64,000 nt of DNA, taken from a virus (taxonomy: Duplodnaviria > Heunggongvirae > Uroviricota > Caudoviricetes). Positions within the stretch are counted from its first letter, which is position 1, and every line of letters begins with the position of its first letter. Location of the stretch: the IMG/VR virus record IMGVR_UViG_3300010383_000113, positions 37,830-101,829 of that record. One strand, written 5' to 3'. The translations under genes were made by a program, and so were the position numbers. Below are positions 63,396 through 64,000 of this stretch, piece by piece. Below the pieces are notes generated by a model. The model saw only the letters and a program-made list of their open reading frames with translations. It made no database searches and was not told the origin of the DNA.

Positions 63396-64000
63396 TCAGT
63401 TCTCCGAGAAGGGCGAATGGGGATCGATGCGGCACCCGACGTCGCCGGGCCAACGCTCCATGAGGCGACGCAGGAACTCTTCGCGGACGATGTCGGCGGC
63501 GGTCATGGCCACGGTGGCGACGCCGTCGACGCTGTTGTGCCCGGTCCACCAGCGGGCGAACATCTCGAAGGCCCCTCGGCGGTCGGGGTGGAGGTCGGAC
63601 TGGCTCTCGTCGCCGTTGATGACGAGCTTGGAGCCCTTGCCGAGCCGCGTGATGATCATCTTGAGCTGCTCGTGGGTGCAGTTCTGGGCCTCGTCCACGA
63701 TGATGAAGGACCGCTTGAACGTGAGGCCACGCATGAAATCGACCGGCTCGACGATGATGCTCGGCTGGTCGCCGCCGCGACGCCGCTTGAGGTCTTCGGG
63801 GGTGAAGTAGCGGCCGAGTTCGATCAGGATGGGCCGCAGGAAGGGGGCGTTCTTCTCCTCGGCGGTCCCGGGCAGGTAGCCCTGGTGGTCGCCGGCCCCG
63901 ACGCCCGGACGCACGCAGATGATCCGCTCGAACCCTCCCTGCTCCTGGGCCTTGATCGCCTCGGCGGCGGCCCCGCAGGCAAGGTGAGTCTTGCCGGTGC
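63396..64000 (-). CDS. phoH: PhoH-family ATPase (5' end outside the window)
   Basis: GTGKT at the window edge, GYLPGT.EEK..P, FMRGLTF...IIVDEAQN, IITRLG..SKLVINGD..QSDL. Confidence 0.92.
   Translation of the reverse strand, partial: TGKTHLACGAAAEAIKAQEQGGFERIICVRPGVGAGDHQGYLPGTAEEKNAPFLRPILIELGRYFTPEDLKRRRGGDQPSIIVEPVDFMRGLTFKRSFIIVDEAQNCTHEQLKMIITRLGKGSKLVINGDESQSDLHPDRRGAFEMFARWWTGHNSVDGVATVAMTAADIVREEFLRRLMERWPGDVGCRIDPHSPFSEN

Larger units (their letters stand above)
226..63946. repeat. Dispersed 10-mer G(G/T)AGCAGGG(A/G), at least 47 copies on both strands
   Basis: Core AGCAGGG starts on +: 228, 4477, 8379, 10874, 14615, 18209, 21915, 25146, 27377, 31985, 33726, 37624, 43843, 45637, 48533, 53456, 56235, 60456, 62852. 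CCCTGCT starts: 251, 2993, 5887, 5981, 8684, 15263, 16654, 18092, 20638, 23240, 25170, 27125, 29625, 31903, 32691, 36093, 38971, 41662, 44386, 46054, 48749, 51594, 55121, 58289, 61077, 61864, 63044, 63937. Confidence 0.9.

Noticed and set aside
226-63946. CRISPR array or REP/MITE explanation for the dispersed repeat
   Set aside because: Copies are about 10-18 bp, kilobases apart, mostly in-frame inside genes, with no spacer structure or transposase.
1-64000. tRNA/rRNA genes, integrase or host-gene flanks
   Set aside because: None recognised by eye; a tRNAscan run is still needed, especially for 773-1680.

Overview
The window is a large part of a high-GC (roughly 65-70% by eye) tailed dsDNA bacteriophage genome. 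No integrase or host-gene flanks are visible. The + strand (about 2.4-39.0 kb) carries a complete virion module: a sigma-factor-like regulator, ERCC4 nuclease, terminase, portal, protease/scaffold, capsid, neck, tail tube, an approximately 2,870-aa tape measure protein and tail-tip/adhesin proteins. The - strand (39.0-64.0 kb) carries the DNA metabolism module: SLOG protein, Dam-type methylase, Sak-like annealing protein, SSB, a DnaE polymerase split into two genes around a DnaQ exonuclease and a degenerate UDG, CAP protein, HNH-like and PD-(D/E)XK nucleases, dNMP kinase, primase, DnaB, RecA and PhoH. A golvesin-like domain in a tail protein weakly suggests a Planctomycetota host. The strongest signal not explained by the genes is a purine-rich 10-mer, G(G/T)AGCAGGG(A/G). 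I located 47 copies by eye, on both strands, in coding and non-coding DNA, spaced fairly regularly at about 2.5-3.5 kb per strand. Other signals are a candidate late-promoter motif (GGTGTA plus an A/T-rich tail), apparent avoidance of GCGC and several 6-bp palindromes, and AT-rich patches centred on catalytic motifs of dnaE and dnaB. All product calls come from motif recognition; no database searches were run.
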